From: Leptogorgia sarmentosa
Lineage: Eukaryota
Length of the DNA: 64,000 nucleotides
NCBI GenBank assembly: GCA_964658305.1
Contig: OZ210885.1
Location: 8,804,001-8,868,000 of the forward strand
Reading direction: 5' to 3'
Below are positions 50,301 to 62,748 of this stretch, in pieces. How positions within the stretch are numbered: position 1 is the stretch's first letter; every line of letters starts with the position of its first letter. The notes below the pieces were generated by a model, which worked only from the letters and a program-made list of their open reading frames with translations, was not told where the DNA came from and searched no databases. The translations under genes and the position numbers were made by a program.

Positions 50301-53300
50301 TTCCATGCTCATGTATTATGTTCTTGTAATTTCAGTCTTTAATTATTGATGTTTTGTAATAATAAGGCGAATCATGTAACTAAAAAAATATTGTTTGCTT
50401 TTTAGGAATTAGGAGTTTTTCCAAGACTACCAAGTCTACGTGTCTTTTTACAGATCTTGCATTATTCTTGGCTCACTATAGCCAGTAGTTATTCTTATTG
50501 TGACTAGGCCATTGCGGATTTACGAAAACTTGATAGCACAATTTCTTCTATACTCAACGGCGATTTTGAGATTTGAAAAATTGTCCGCCTCTAGTACAAA
50601 TTTCCTAACATTTCGACCAATTTCAGGGCCTGAACTCCACGGAAAGAAAAGCTATCGTGTCCATGACTTGCTTTTGGATTTTGCCCAGACAAAACTTCAA
50701 GACATGGGTACACTAAATGATGTTCAGGATAAGTTCGTAAAAACACTTCGTGGCCTGTGCGTGGATGGTGACTGGAATGATAACTCAACTACCTGCCAAA
50801 AAGACTATTATTTCAAGTACCTACCCTATCACATTTATTCTTCGGGACGACATGGTGAACTACTTCAGTTGCTGTTTGATCTACACTGGCTCAAACAAAA
50901 AGTGAAACACGTCAACGTATTCTCTTTAATAGCAGATTTTCGTTTTGTGGACACAGAATCGGAGGAAATCCAACTTCTCAAATCCTCGTTAATGTTCTCT
51001 GCCGATGTCATCAACAAAAACCCAGATTCTATCTGTCCTCAACTCCTAGGTAATTCAAATAATGAACTTAAATTTATCTCATTCTTCTATGATTTGTTTA
51101 AGTTGCCTCACTATTTAGTACAAAGTTTCGAAGAAATTTTGCAATATTTTGATGAGTGGCAAAAATTCACATCAGTCATTTATTCATAGTGTAAACCCGG
51201 GGGGGGGGGGGGGGGGGGGGTGCTTCCCAATATCTTCCCATGTACAAACTCCATAATTGACTGATATCCTTACAAATATTATGCAATTGTAGCTATAAAT
51301 CGTTGATCATCATGGTTTGCAGATACTCTAATGAATAGGAAAGTAAGTTAGGTGAGTAATGTCACTAATGTGACCTAAGAAGCCCACAAGTTAGAGTACA
51401 CAATGCCGGAAAGCCCCTCCGGAATTTCAATTTTTGCAAAAAATGCAAACGCAGCATTCATTCGGGGCATTAAAATTTCTACACAACATGGCGAACGCTT
51501 AGAGTGGGGCCGTCAATCAGTGAAGTGGTTAACAATGTTTGACTACCACAAGGCCACAAAATGTAAACGCTGTTATTACAGCAAATGTAATCGTCGCATT
51601 ACGTGCGTCTGCGCATGACGCAGTACCTCGTATCGCACGTGTAAAGCATGCTTTGGGTAATTCAAGGTGATTGGCTCAATAAATATGGAAATACACTCAG
51701 TTGAGTAAGTTGCCAAAGATCATAATAAAACCAGAACATGTGCACAACACGCTGCGTGTATTGAAAATAATTAGCTGGCTGATCGATACGAATCAATGTG
51801 GCTGTCGCACAACGTCATATTAGTCCGTGCCAACACACAAGGAGTTGTTCGTATACGATCGAAGAAAATGAAGTGCAAACCTTACGACATTTCTGAAAAC
51901 CTCTTGACTCGTCAGTGAGCTGATTTTAAAAGTAAAAGGCGAGGAGATAGCCAACGTGTTATCGCCACTCCCTTCCCTTGCCAGCGAGCCTCATGTAATC
52001 GAGGAAAACGTCGAGGAGATAGCCAATGTGTTATCACCACTCCCTTCACTTGGCAGCGAGCCTTCTGTAATCGAGGAAAACGGCAAGGAGATAGCCAACG
52101 TGTTACTGCCACTCCCTTCCCTTGCCAGCGAGCCTTATGTAATGGAGAAACTATGCTAACTTATCTGAAATTATGAAAAATTTATATATGAAACAATTAC
52201 GCTTATGATACGCTTATTTGCATGAATCAAAGTTCAGATGACCTTGGGAATGTATCAAAGGTCAAATCACAAGTATTCAAAAGCAACATCCGATGATAGT
52301 TTACAGCTAAGTAACAATGATTATAATACTAATATAACAGGTGAACTTTTATCTACAAAAGTAGATCATGATGTATAAAACATTTGAGACATGCTAGGAA
52401 ACGTGATCGTGAAACCGTCTAGACATTCCCATGAAAAGTTGGTTTGTTTAATGAGCACAAACAAGACAAAAGGCGTTGAATAAAAAGCTTAATAAAGCAT
52501 TTCATTCCAAAATCATCATGTTGGCACAATTCGCTGTGTACAAGATACTGTAAATATGCATGTGATTCAAAAACCTGCAAATACAAACATGTGGCAATTT
52601 CTGAAGCCTATACAAAGTTTCATACAAAATATGATTGTCTTAAAAGGAGTTTGACAATTACCAACACGCATACTACCAAAACAAGAAAACACAAGTTTAT
52701 GTTTGTCAACAAACATATCAACAGCCATTGAATTATTTCATAGTTATAAGTAATAGTTATATAGCTATAATAGCTATAGTAATAGTTATATATTATTGGA
52801 CCAATATATTGTTGGACCAGAATACATTTGTACATGTTGTGAGCAGTATAATACCAGTATCAGACCAATATAATGTTTCTTTGTGTAAGTCGTGTTTAAA
52901 CGAATTTCTCAATTTATGTATTACTTTTCTCAAAAGCATTGACAATACTGAAGTGATATGTACTACCTCCCGAACCTAAAAGCTATCTAACGTCCTACTT
53001 GTGATAAGGCGAATAAAATAAGTTACCAAGAAAACCCTGCTGTCTTAATGGATTTGACACCTCTCGAAGAAAGACTAATCTCGCCAAGAATACCTTTTAT
53101 GCAAGTACGAGAACTTCCCAATTAAGTTCGAGGAGGCCAATTAAGTATTCATGGGAATGTAGGTAATGTACCTGATGATGTGAATTCTACTATAAGCGTT
53201 TTACAAAGACCAATTGATGAATCACACACAATTTCAATTAAATTAAAACGATCCCTTGGTACAAACACCATTATCAATTTCAGAATGCTATTAGTATAGC

Positions 53301-56300
53301 TGCAGAAGCAGCTCAATACTTAGTTCGTACCAGTGAAATCTTTACAAACGAAGGAATACAAGTAATGGGCAATTATGTATCAAATCAAGTGGATAATAAT
53401 AAAGAGAAGTGGTCAGAATTTATTTCCATGGATGGAATGGAAACTTCAGAAAATCTGAACGCTCACAGTCAAGAAGTAGTTGAGACAAATGCAAATAAAG
53501 GCTTGATTGATAATGATACAGATGATGAGTGATGTGCAGTGACTGAACGGTCATCAGGTCTTATGGATACATTATTACAAGAAACCGATATTACCCAAGA
53601 TGGTAACAGAATAATACGTTTTGCACCAGGAGGAGGAATTAGACCACGTGGTAAATTTGCAGACAAAGATTCTGAATTTCTTTTTTTCCACCATTAATTG
53701 TGGAAAACGTCAAGCTGAAAACTGTATAGCGCAGTGTGTGAATGGGAACTGCGAAGCAAAGATAGAAGAATCGCGCAGTCTGTGCCAAACATTTTTTACA
53801 AACTAAAAAAGTACAGATCAGGCAAATTCAAGGAAGTGCAAGTTTATCATTGCGTAATGTGGTTCTGTTCATTTTTAGCTGTTCGTTTACATGCAGTGGA
53901 TTCATTTGACTAAAATTCTTGGTCGTCTTATAGACAATAAAGATTCTACTAACGACGAAATTAAACCACTGACATGGCAGAAGAAATCTGAACTGATACA
54001 GAAAGATCCAGTCACATATGCAAGAAATTTTTTACATATGGTACAATTAATCATTCACAACTTTATTAAAAGCTCAAGTCATCCAGTTGGAGAAGTTGTT
54101 GACTTCTTCTATTTTATCGCGTTGAAATTTCGCAAAGAGGTTCTCCACATATCCACGGCTTATTCTGGATAAAAAATGCTCCTGATATTGCTGAGTTTAT
54201 CGATAGTTATGTTTCATGTAGATGTTACAAAGGCATAAACACTCTAAAACGTGTAAGAAGATTGGTCAGGCTGTTTGCAGATTTAATTTTCCATTACCAC
54301 CAATGCCAAAAACCATGATTTTTGAGCATTCATCTGAGACTGATCCTGACGAAAATGTCGCAGCTACAGTACTGCATATATTAAAGAATGCTTTAGAACG
54401 AATACCTGAGTTATATAGACTCCATCAAGGCAGATGAAACAATGACATTAATTTTGTTGCTTTTTTTATCAAACGCTAAGTCAATCAGAACAGCAGTATA
54501 TAAAAGCTATAAGTATACCTGTTATGCAGTATTTCATCTGTACTTCAACTATCAATTGTCAGCCACCAATGATCAGATAAGAGAACTATAGCACGATCGT
54601 AAATATGTCTGTGATCTCAACTTCCCGAAAATGACTATATACAATTGAAGACTTGGAACCAAGAGTTTTTGAAGGCACGACCAAAGAAGGATTATTCTTC
54701 GCAGAGCTGAAGTCGATATTTATGGACTTTATGCATAACCGCACATGCTGCATATCTTTCCCGTCGTAAAGAAAATTGCTAACTTAATGAAGAACACATG
54801 CATACTATACTCTGTTAATCGTTGGTTCTGATGTTAATAATTGTAACTAGCAACTAAGCATGACAACTGCTGGTATATAGCAGAATTAAGCCTTGTCAGT
54901 GTAACATATGCAGAAATAAATCATTTCACAAATACTCGTTCCGTTATCAAAAATAATTACTTCATTAAACATCATTTCAAAAATAATTACTTCTTTAACA
55001 TCATTTCAACAATTGCAAAGCTTTCAAAAACGTTTTTTTCAGTGTCTCAGTTTCAAACTTTGATATTACTTTATGTCCTTTTTATATTAATGTCACTGGA
55101 GGGGAACAAACATTTTGTTAAACAATCAAAAACCTCCTTTAGAAATTAGAAAAGAACTCATATGATGAATTGTAAGAACCTATTATGTTAATAATCAAGA
55201 AACAGATATGCCGTGTGGCGCAAAAAAGTACATGTGTTTGATTACTTATAACTCAGAAACCATAAGCAGTAGAACCTTACATCCAGCGATGTCTAACTTA
55301 AATTTTGGTATATTCGACAGGCATTTTCGAAGAACAGACATCGCTGGATGCAATGAAACTTCATTTAGGGTTCCAGTGCCTATGGTTTTTGAGTTATGAG
55401 TAATCAAACAGTTGTACTTTTTATTGCGCCACTCGGCATATAGTATAATCAGATAGGCCCGTTAGCTGTTCAGTTTAAAATTTTCCCCGGTCAAAAATTG
55501 TCTTCATCTTTAAATGCTATTTTAAATTTTCCGAATTTGTTACGTGCGCTAATACTGTTGTGTATTTTTGTTTTCCAGGCAGACTGCTATCTTATGAAGA
55601 GTATCCGGGGATAAAGACGCTATTAGAGCAACTCCGTGCAACATGCACGGAGACTTGCCGTCTTATACCGGAATTCTCATGTTTAGATCTTGGAGGCCCT
55701 GAGTTCTTTCGAAAAACGTTTGATTCCAGCGTATGCTCATTAGCGACGTGCAATACTTCATCCGCTACTCTTGTAATTTGTGGTTTCTGGAATGGTTCAA
55801 TCACAATCTTTGACCTTGATACAGGTAGGTAACCGTGTGGTAACGTACTATGGATAAAACTAATGGCAAGGTTTGGGATTTTCAATAGCTTTTTTTTTCT
55901 TTTGACCGATCGTCAGTCCGGAAAAGGGATAAAACAAAGATTCAATGCGCCTCTGCTGTAATTGTAATTATATGTACAACCATATCTTCACTCACATTTG
56001 TAAGAATCATCAGTTCTGAATTATGCAAGTTGAGCGGCTGCGCGATATACGTGTATAAAAAAACTGAGCAAATTTGAAATCGCTCTCAATTTCGCAAAGC
56101 CACTCGGCTGACGTTATTAATTAACAAAACTTCGCAGTGCAAAATCACCCCTTGTCAAGAAACGTTGTACTAGCCTTCAGCTTCAATTCTTTTTGTTAGC
56201 GCTGATAATGAACTAAATATAGATGAAAAGCTTAATAAGTACATGTTTAACTTTCGTGCTGTCACATGTATACAGTAGTTGATTACATCGGAAATTCACG

Positions 56301-58510
56301 GCGCTATAATCTCATGGAGCTCACTGGCCAATGGCCTCAGGGCTCGTCCCATTATGCTTCGCATCACTCTAGGTAATGTGGCTATATGCTTTGCTTCAGT
56401 TATATATCGGTTGTTATCAGATTACTTACGCGCTTCTCTTTTCGGAATCGGCAAATAATTGATCCGCTCGCCAACGATAACTCGCGGTATTTCGTGGGAC
56501 TTCGTCCAATAATTGATAGTAGGGACCTTAAAATCTAAAACGCAACAAACTCGACGACGGGGTATAAATTTCAGGTTGAAATGAAATGAGTACTGACCTT
56601 TTTATGCTTTAAATAGATGTTGAAATTTTTTCAGGAAACAGTGACATAGGTTCAGCTAAAGCAGTGCGATCGTTGCTGTGTAGTCAACTTGAAGTTACAG
56701 CTCCCACGTTGTAATCAGCCTTCACGTTGCTTTGAAGACGTTATAATGCTTAACGTTGCGTTGATAACAACAAAGCCGTTGATACCACAATTTATGCTTG
56801 GTTTTTGTTCAGCATAAAAATTTGTTTGTTCGGAAAGCTCGTCGTCGAGTTGGTCACGTTGTTGATCTTAAGGTCCCTAATCCTCTGCTACAAAATTGCT
56901 ATGACACCATTTTTGAACTTATCCACAATGCAGTTGTCTTTCTATTAGGAATGACAGAAAAGTCTGGTGATAGTTACAGTTTGATAAAATTAAAAAAATC
57001 TATATTGGTGCAGTGTAAAATAAACCACTGTATACACGTCATATTTCGCGCAAATAAGTAAGTATTAATAATATTACGCCATCCAAATCTCATTTCGTTA
57101 CACGGATAATTACCCGGTTTTTGAGAAAAGTTTCAGTTTTGGAAATTGAATTTTAGCAAATATATTATGACTATATTTTAAACATATTCGTACATGCCTT
57201 TTTAGCTAAACAAGAGTTTTAATCTTGATTATTCATTGAAATGAGAACATAGTTAAAATGCAGTTGATATGGGTGAGGGAACAAAGGTTTACACTCAAAG
57301 TAATTGATAATTCATTAGAAAATTAGCCAATCATGTACGGTAGTCGTCGCCATATGATGATGTTTGAAATTTGGATTAGATACTTGAAGAGACATGTTCA
57401 TCCAGATTTACGCTGGGATAAAAATTAATTCAGTCGTTTCTTGAACAGGATCAATGTTTACTGGGTAAAAAATAAAAAATCTCACAAATGGCTGTAGGGA
57501 ATGCTTTTGTCTGTAACATATTAATAAAAGTATAAAAATCAATTCGGACAGAGTGACATATTATTTCTTCTAAACAATAAAACATACAATTATTAAGAAA
57601 TCGTGTGCATAAATGATGTCTACCAATTTTAAAATGTGAAATTTCAGTAATTACAAATACAAGTAGGACAACATTTCTGTGCAATCATTGGTATTCACTG
57701 TATAGAATATTTCCTGTTTATAGCTTCATGCATGCTTTCCAATTATGCTGTTCTACCACCAACATCAGCCACTAAATTTTAAACACTAGTAAATATATTA
57801 TAAGTTTCAGTAAACTGTTCGGCATTGACCGTTACTCTACCACTTTAGTTATCGAGGCAACAGGGACCGGTAGCGAGTCTTACCCAAGCGTTCAAGTTGG
57901 CTCGATACCTATACCTATGGACTTGCACAACAAAGATGAGGGCATACTTTTATGAAATCCCAAGAAGTAACGAATGAAAACACACGCGTGTAAAACACGC
58001 CACAGTAAATTGCGCAAAATTACAGTTATTTTGTTTTTAGTATTGAAGATCGTTTCGGTGTTTGTCTATCGCTTACATTGCTGTTTAAGTTGCTATAGGG
58101 ACGTAATAGTATAAATGGAAGTTAGCGGTGTAAACACAGTGTAGCTGATGGGTTAGTTAATGTAGTTACTTGTCTCAATCATTTATTTTATCGCCGCAAT
58201 GTTTTGAAAAATACTCCCAATGTAGTAACGATGTGAGCGAAAATTACCTATTACACCCTTTTTTGTACGTGCTATCGTATTTTATAAACAGGTGGAGAAG
58301 TTCAACAACTACTGGGACATTCTGAGGAAGTTATGTGTTTGGCTGTGTCACAAAGTGGAACAATACTAGCGTCAGGGTCGCGGGACGCAAGTACAATCCT
58401 TTGGAGAATGGATAATTATGAACAGCTTTTTGTGTTCCAAGGGGAGGGTGCAGTTAATGCCCAGGATTTCAGTGCAGATGATCAGCGAGTGTTTATTGGA
58501 ACAGACGATG
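41369..58510 (+). CDS. NLR/STAND protein: HEPN-like domain, helical/coiled-coil linker, Apaf-1-type NB-ARC, APAF-1 helical domain, WD40 (3' incomplete); exons 41369-41954, 42980-43074, 45347-45530, 46973-47304, 48242-48881, 50627-51049, 55579-55824, 58292-58510
   Basis: All splice phases are compatible, giving ~908 open codons. RNPWAH (41801-41818), Walker A GMGGLGKT, Walker [28 protein letters not shown]...[13 protein letters not shown]40 [30 protein letters not shown]. Confidence 0.87.
44410..45223 (+). mobile_element. Internally deleted Crypton-like element (intronic)
   Basis: Broken frame [15 protein letters not shown]...[22 protein letters not shown] resembles the region preceding the Crypton/DUF3504 tyrosine-recombinase core. 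Terminal CCAAATTGCACTCGAAACCAT motif also occurs at ~10812-10833. Confidence 0.65.
45991..46367 (+). pseudogene. Truncated NACHT-type (NPHP3/TANC-like N-terminal) P-loop exon
   Basis: Phase-1 AG acceptor at 45989-45990, in frame with the previous exon. Reads EGTRQWFF...[20 protein letters not shown]...AGCHFCDF. Similarity ends ~46300 before Walker B; stop at 46367. Confidence 0.8.
49498..49624. repeat. Short palindromic MITE-like element
   Basis: CGTCGAATTTTGGTGGCATCGAATGCAATTCAAACAATGGATAATGA pairs with TCATTATCTATTGTTTGAATTGAATTCGATGCGACCAAAACTCGACG. Confidence 0.7.
51941..52150 (+). repeat. 72-bp tandem repeat x3
   Basis: Units start at 51941, 52013 and 52085 and read in frame as [17 protein letters not shown](H/S/Y)VIEEN. 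Confidence 0.9.
52500..54520 (+). mobile_element. Decayed Helitron Rep region (intronic; boundaries approximate)
   Basis: Broken frames [35 protein letters not shown] motif [16 protein letters not shown] (~54136-54183), HKHSKTCKK...[10 protein letters not shown]. Confidence 0.85.
55206..55441. mobile_element. MITE (Tc1/mariner-like ends suspected)
   Basis: ATATGCCGTGTGGCGCAAAAAAGTACA...TGTACTTTTTATTGCGCCACTCGGCATAT, plus the internal inverted repeat CATCCAGCGATGTCT. Confidence 0.7.
56521..56878. mobile_element. MITE (PIF/Harbinger-like ends suspected)
   Basis: AGGGACCTTAA...TTAAGGTCCCT terminal inverted repeat. Confidence 0.65.
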
Positions 58511-59106
58511 GTAAGCATCTTAAACACAAATCAAACAAGGATATCAAAATGTTGTTCAGAATAGGTAAACGAAAATTTGCGTAAACGTTTTCTCGACTTC
58601 CGCTCTGCTTAAAAGTTAGTATTAAAGTGCGCGAGTTTCGATAAGAGTAGGTTATAGAGTACATATGGCGCCGGAAGTAATTAGTATGCAAGGAGGGCGA
58701 GTGCCTCAGCGCCGGAAGTAATTAGTATGCAATGAGTAATTAGTAACGTAACCGCGGCATGTGTTCCAGATACGCGTCCGTGTTATAAAAGTAAACTTGT
58801 ATGCATATAGAAAGGGTAGAATTTTTCGGTAAAAGAGATGTAATGTGCGACTAAAAGTTTAAAAGATGGGGGTTAGTTGAATAAATGTCAAATAGTAAAG
58901 TAAATATGTATTGCGCCGGGAGGTAATTAGCTTGTAGAAGAATAGAGAGTAATTAGTATTAGTCTATTATGGCCGCAACAACCTGGGGAATAATGAATGA
59001 GACTTTATGCTTTGGTAACAAGTTTATTAATCGTAAAAATATTGCTCATGTACTTTTACAAGTCATTTATAGAGAATTCTAGTTCACATGCTACGAAACC
59101 TAATAT

Positions 59107-59685
59107 TTAATGGTCTTCATCATCGCTGTCCTCTGTAAAGGTGTAATCTTTTAATAGTTTTTTGATCAGAAATTTTCTCTTATCAACAGCTGCTTGAATA
59201 GCTTCTTCGGGATCAAAATGATCATCGTTCACAAAGGCATCTTTTGTTTGCATTATTTTCTTATTCACTGGGTCATTCTTTAGTTGTTTCATCCACGAAA
59301 GACGATTCATATAGATACTTTCCAACTCATTTTGGAGCTTAGGCAGGAATTCGGAGTAAGCTTTTTGTCCAGAGGATTGTTCATCCAAGCCACTATGTAT
59401 CAAATTCGTCTTCATTTCCTTAAAAGCCGTTTTATACTTTTGCATTGTTTCTTCTACCATTGGCATCCAAGGATCATTTTCTTCCTCCTCAGTTTCGTCG
59501 TCTGTTGTCACCGGACTTTCAGAACCATGAGTTGAAGCAGTCGACAAATCATCTTCCGATTCCGTTGTCTGACTGTCTGTTTCTGACATTTCACTCTCTT
59601 GATCCTTTAATGGACAGTACATGTTTTTGTGTTGACGTAGATTCAAACCTCGATTAAATACTTTCCCGCAGAATTTGCAGCTCAT
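59107..59685 (-). CDS. Polinton-borne accessory protein, N-terminal zinc-finger-like motif plus acidic region (192 aa)
   Basis: Intronless ORF starting CKFCGKVFNRGLNLRQHKNMYC, inside the TIRs. Confidence 0.7.
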   Translation of the reverse strand: MSCKFCGKVFNRGLNLRQHKNMYCPLKDQESEMSETDSQTTESEDDLSTASTHGSESPVTTDDETEEEENDPWMPMVEETMQKYKTAFKEMKTNLIHSGLDEQSSGQKAYSEFLPKLQNELESIYMNRLSWMKQLKNDPVNKKIMQTKDAFVNDDHFDPEEAIQAAVDKRKFLIKKLLKDYTFTEDSDDEDH

Positions 59686-59966
59686 TCCGCTAGCAAGAAC
59701 TGTGTAAAAATGCCTTGTTATTGAGCACTACCGCACTTTTATATGAGCATTTGAGCATGTGCTTAGGAGCAGTTATGAGTATATGAGCATGTGCTCATGT
59801 GGGAATGAGCAATTTCGAGCATCGCTCACAAATGCTCAAAACTGCTAATGAGCACATGCTCATAGGCTCATAAGGCCCGATGTCCCGATTCATCGTGGTA
59901 AAACTTTGACTACACATCGTTTCTTCTCTGCAAGTAATAAAGGCGCTGTCTCATACTCTAAGTACA

Positions 59967-60280
59967 CTAGTTAATCCCTGAGCTAGAATGTTCTTGTTTG
60001 CTGCTCTGGCCTTTTTTTAATTTGGCGGCTTGTAAGTAAATATTCAAATTTCTTTCCATTTCTTCCTGCCGTTTTATTAGTTTTTCGACACTTTTCTCCA
60101 TATAAAGTTCCTTTGGTTCTTCATTCTGTCGAGGTACACAAATCCCGATTTTGCTCCACTTTAACCATTCTCTGCGTTCTTCCGAATCCATATCATGTAC
60201 TTGAGCGAGATGATAGCTAGCCTTGCAAGATTCGTACTACCACAGCCAAAAACAGGACAGTTTCTACGTGTACGACTCAT
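59967..60280 (-). pseudogene. Second small zinc-finger-like accessory ORF, frameshifted
   Basis: MSRTRRNCPVFGCGSTNLARLA, then HLAQVHDMDSEERREW in another frame, together forming C-x4-C...H-x4-H. Confidence 0.55.
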
Positions 60281-61299
60281 GTTAACTATGCGAGTTCCTA
60301 AAAGTATTGGTTCATCGTTTACATGTGACAGATATTTTATTTGGCCCGCTCTGGCCCTATAAAGCCCTATAAGGCCCACCATGAATCGGGCCTTATGAGC
60401 ATCGCTCACAAGTGCTCAAAACTGCTCATGAGCGATGCTCAGAAGGCTTTCATTGGGGGGTTTGCGTCCTGCCAATGGATAGTGCATGCCACCAAGAATC
60501 GGGCCATCGGGCCTTATGAGCATCGCTCATGAGCAGTTTTGAGCACTTGTGAGCGATTATTTATTCAACTAACCCCCATCTTTTAAACTTTTAGTCGCAC
60601 ATTGCATCTCTTTTACCGAAAAATTCTACCCTTTCTATATGCATACAAGTTTACTTTTATAACACGGACGCGTATCTGGAACACATGCCGCGGTTACGTT
60701 ACTAATTACTCATTGCATACTAATTAATTCCGGCGCTAAGGCACTCGCCCTCCTTGCATACTAATTACTTCCGGCGCCATGTCTACCCTATAACCTACTG
60801 ATAAGAAATAAGATTTTGCTGACGTCTACGGATTTAACGGTTCTGAAGGAACGCCAGCAACGATGCCATTGGAGAAAATATTAAATCCTTTTCATATTAT
60901 GTTTGTCCAATAACTCCGCAAATGATCATACTTTCGGAAATATGTTACCCCGCCGGTACCAAATTGAATATTGGAATACTTTTATTAAATTAAAATAGTT
61001 ATTTTTTCTTCAAATAAAAATACTTGAAAGTACGTTCACAAAATGTTTGTTTTACGTTGCAAATTCAGCGGCGTAAATCTCCAGTGTCGGCGCAAATTTT
61101 TTTTCCGTAGACAGTCGGACCCCTCCGAGATGGTCGTACCCCTCCTTAGCTTGTGCCCAAAATCATATCGGACAGCGGTTACCGAATAACTTACAAATTA
61201 AAATTATTACAGAATAATTATTATAAATTAAATATTCAGCATGCTACTGCAATTTATGCAGTCTGTTTGCTCATTTCCTGGTGCGGTTATGCATAGAAC

Positions 61300-62469
61300 A
61301 TGGCAGCGAACAAGGAAAACATATCGGGAGTTTTTAATCAGAATTTGAATCAGAATAGGGCTGATTCTTCGATAAAGTTAACCAGAATAACTGGATATCA
61401 CGCATTTTACAAAACTGTTTCGGTGAGTACTTAGATTGCTCTTTTACTACGCTCTAAATCGTTTTTGAAGGCTTTGATAAACAACAAACACGTGGTTTAT
61501 AATTTATTCGTACCATGTCTGATTTGTAGGGTCAGATCAAAGATGAAGTCCCTGATGCAGATTTAAGTATGATGAGCAAAACAGCTTCGCGCATGTGGAA
61601 AAGATGCTCTTCGTATGTCCATCAAGTAAGATATAAATTTATAACAAATATGACAAAATGAAATGCTATCAAATGCTATATTGTACTTCTTCACATTTTG
61701 GAAATTTAACTTGTGTTGTTGCAGTTTAAATTTAAGTGTTTTCATAGTGTTGATAAGTGAAGAAGTCATGCTTTTAATGAGCCCCCTCCCCCTTCGAGGA
61801 TTTTTCACTTACACAACTCCTGTGCATTCCTGATGAAACCATCCCAGTGGATTTTTTTTGCTACTGCATATTTACCATTCAAGATATCTTGTTCAATTTG
61901 CTATCCACAACCTTGGATAGGGATATTAAATGGAATGCCCAATTGAGCTTTTTTTTAAATGTTAAGACATTTTTGAGATGCTCATATCAACATTTTTGAG
62001 ATGTTCATTACCACATAAATACCTCTTGGGATTTTATATATCCTGTATTGATGATCCAATAAAATAACATTTCGTCATGACTTTTAATTAATAGGACTGG
62101 AAAAAGGAGGCACAAAAAATGACAGAAGACAGGGATTGTGGAATTGTGGAAAACATCTGCAAGAAATGTGAGAAGTCATTTCCTCGAGCTAAAGATGCGA
62201 TTTATCATGAAAAGCATTGTGGTGAATGTGCATGTGATACCTGTGGAAAAGTGTTTTCAAACAAGTTGTCACTAAGGAGACATAGCCAGACACATGAGGA
62301 AAAGAACAAATGTGAATCATGTAACAAAGCATTTTCCAGCCGAAATTCATTAAAACGACATTTGAAAACGCATAGTAGCAGTCGTGAAAAGAATTTTACA
62401 TGTCGTTTGTGTGCAGCAAACTTTACCACCATGTCCAATCTGAAGAGACATTCGAAAAACTGTTTGTAG
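61300..62469 (+). CDS. Small HMG-box-like + C2H2 zinc-finger protein (~197 aa); exons 61300-61422, 61530-61625, 62095-62469
   Basis: Two phase-0 GT-AG introns join ITGYHAFYKTVS|GQIKDEVPDADLSMMSKTASRMWKRCSSYVHQ|DWKKEAQKM (HMG-box pattern), followed by four C2H2/C2HC fingers. Confidence 0.78.
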
Positions 62470-62748
62470 CCATTATGCAGACTAATTTATTAAAGAACAA
62501 GACTTTAAACATTAAACAGCCATCCATTTAGTACATTTGCTGATTGTTTAGAAAACTTTACACCTTCATTCCCCATTTACACAAAGTAATAGAAATGATA
62601 TTATACAATAGGAATATGCAAAAACCTTTTGACTTTCTATGCTCTAAATGGATGGTCCAAAAATTTGTTTATTTATAGTTAATACAGTGAGTTAAACAAG
62701 TTTGTACTACTATCAGTTCATATTTATATTACAATCACAATTCAATGT

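Larger units (their letters stand above)
58646..60799. mobile_element. Non-autonomous mini Polinton/Maverick
   Basis: AGTAG...CTACT termini, ~240-bp TIRs (58646-58886 / 60559-60799), 6-bp TSD GATAAG (58640-58645 / 60800-60805). No polB, integrase or capsid gene. Confidence 0.88.

Noticed and set aside
46973..51049. Calling the NB-ARC gene APAF1
   Set aside because: No CARD is present and orthology cannot be established; symbol withheld.
51198..51220. Poly-G run as a G-quadruplex element
   Set aside because: Homopolymer typical of MITE ends, and its length is unreliable in assemblies.
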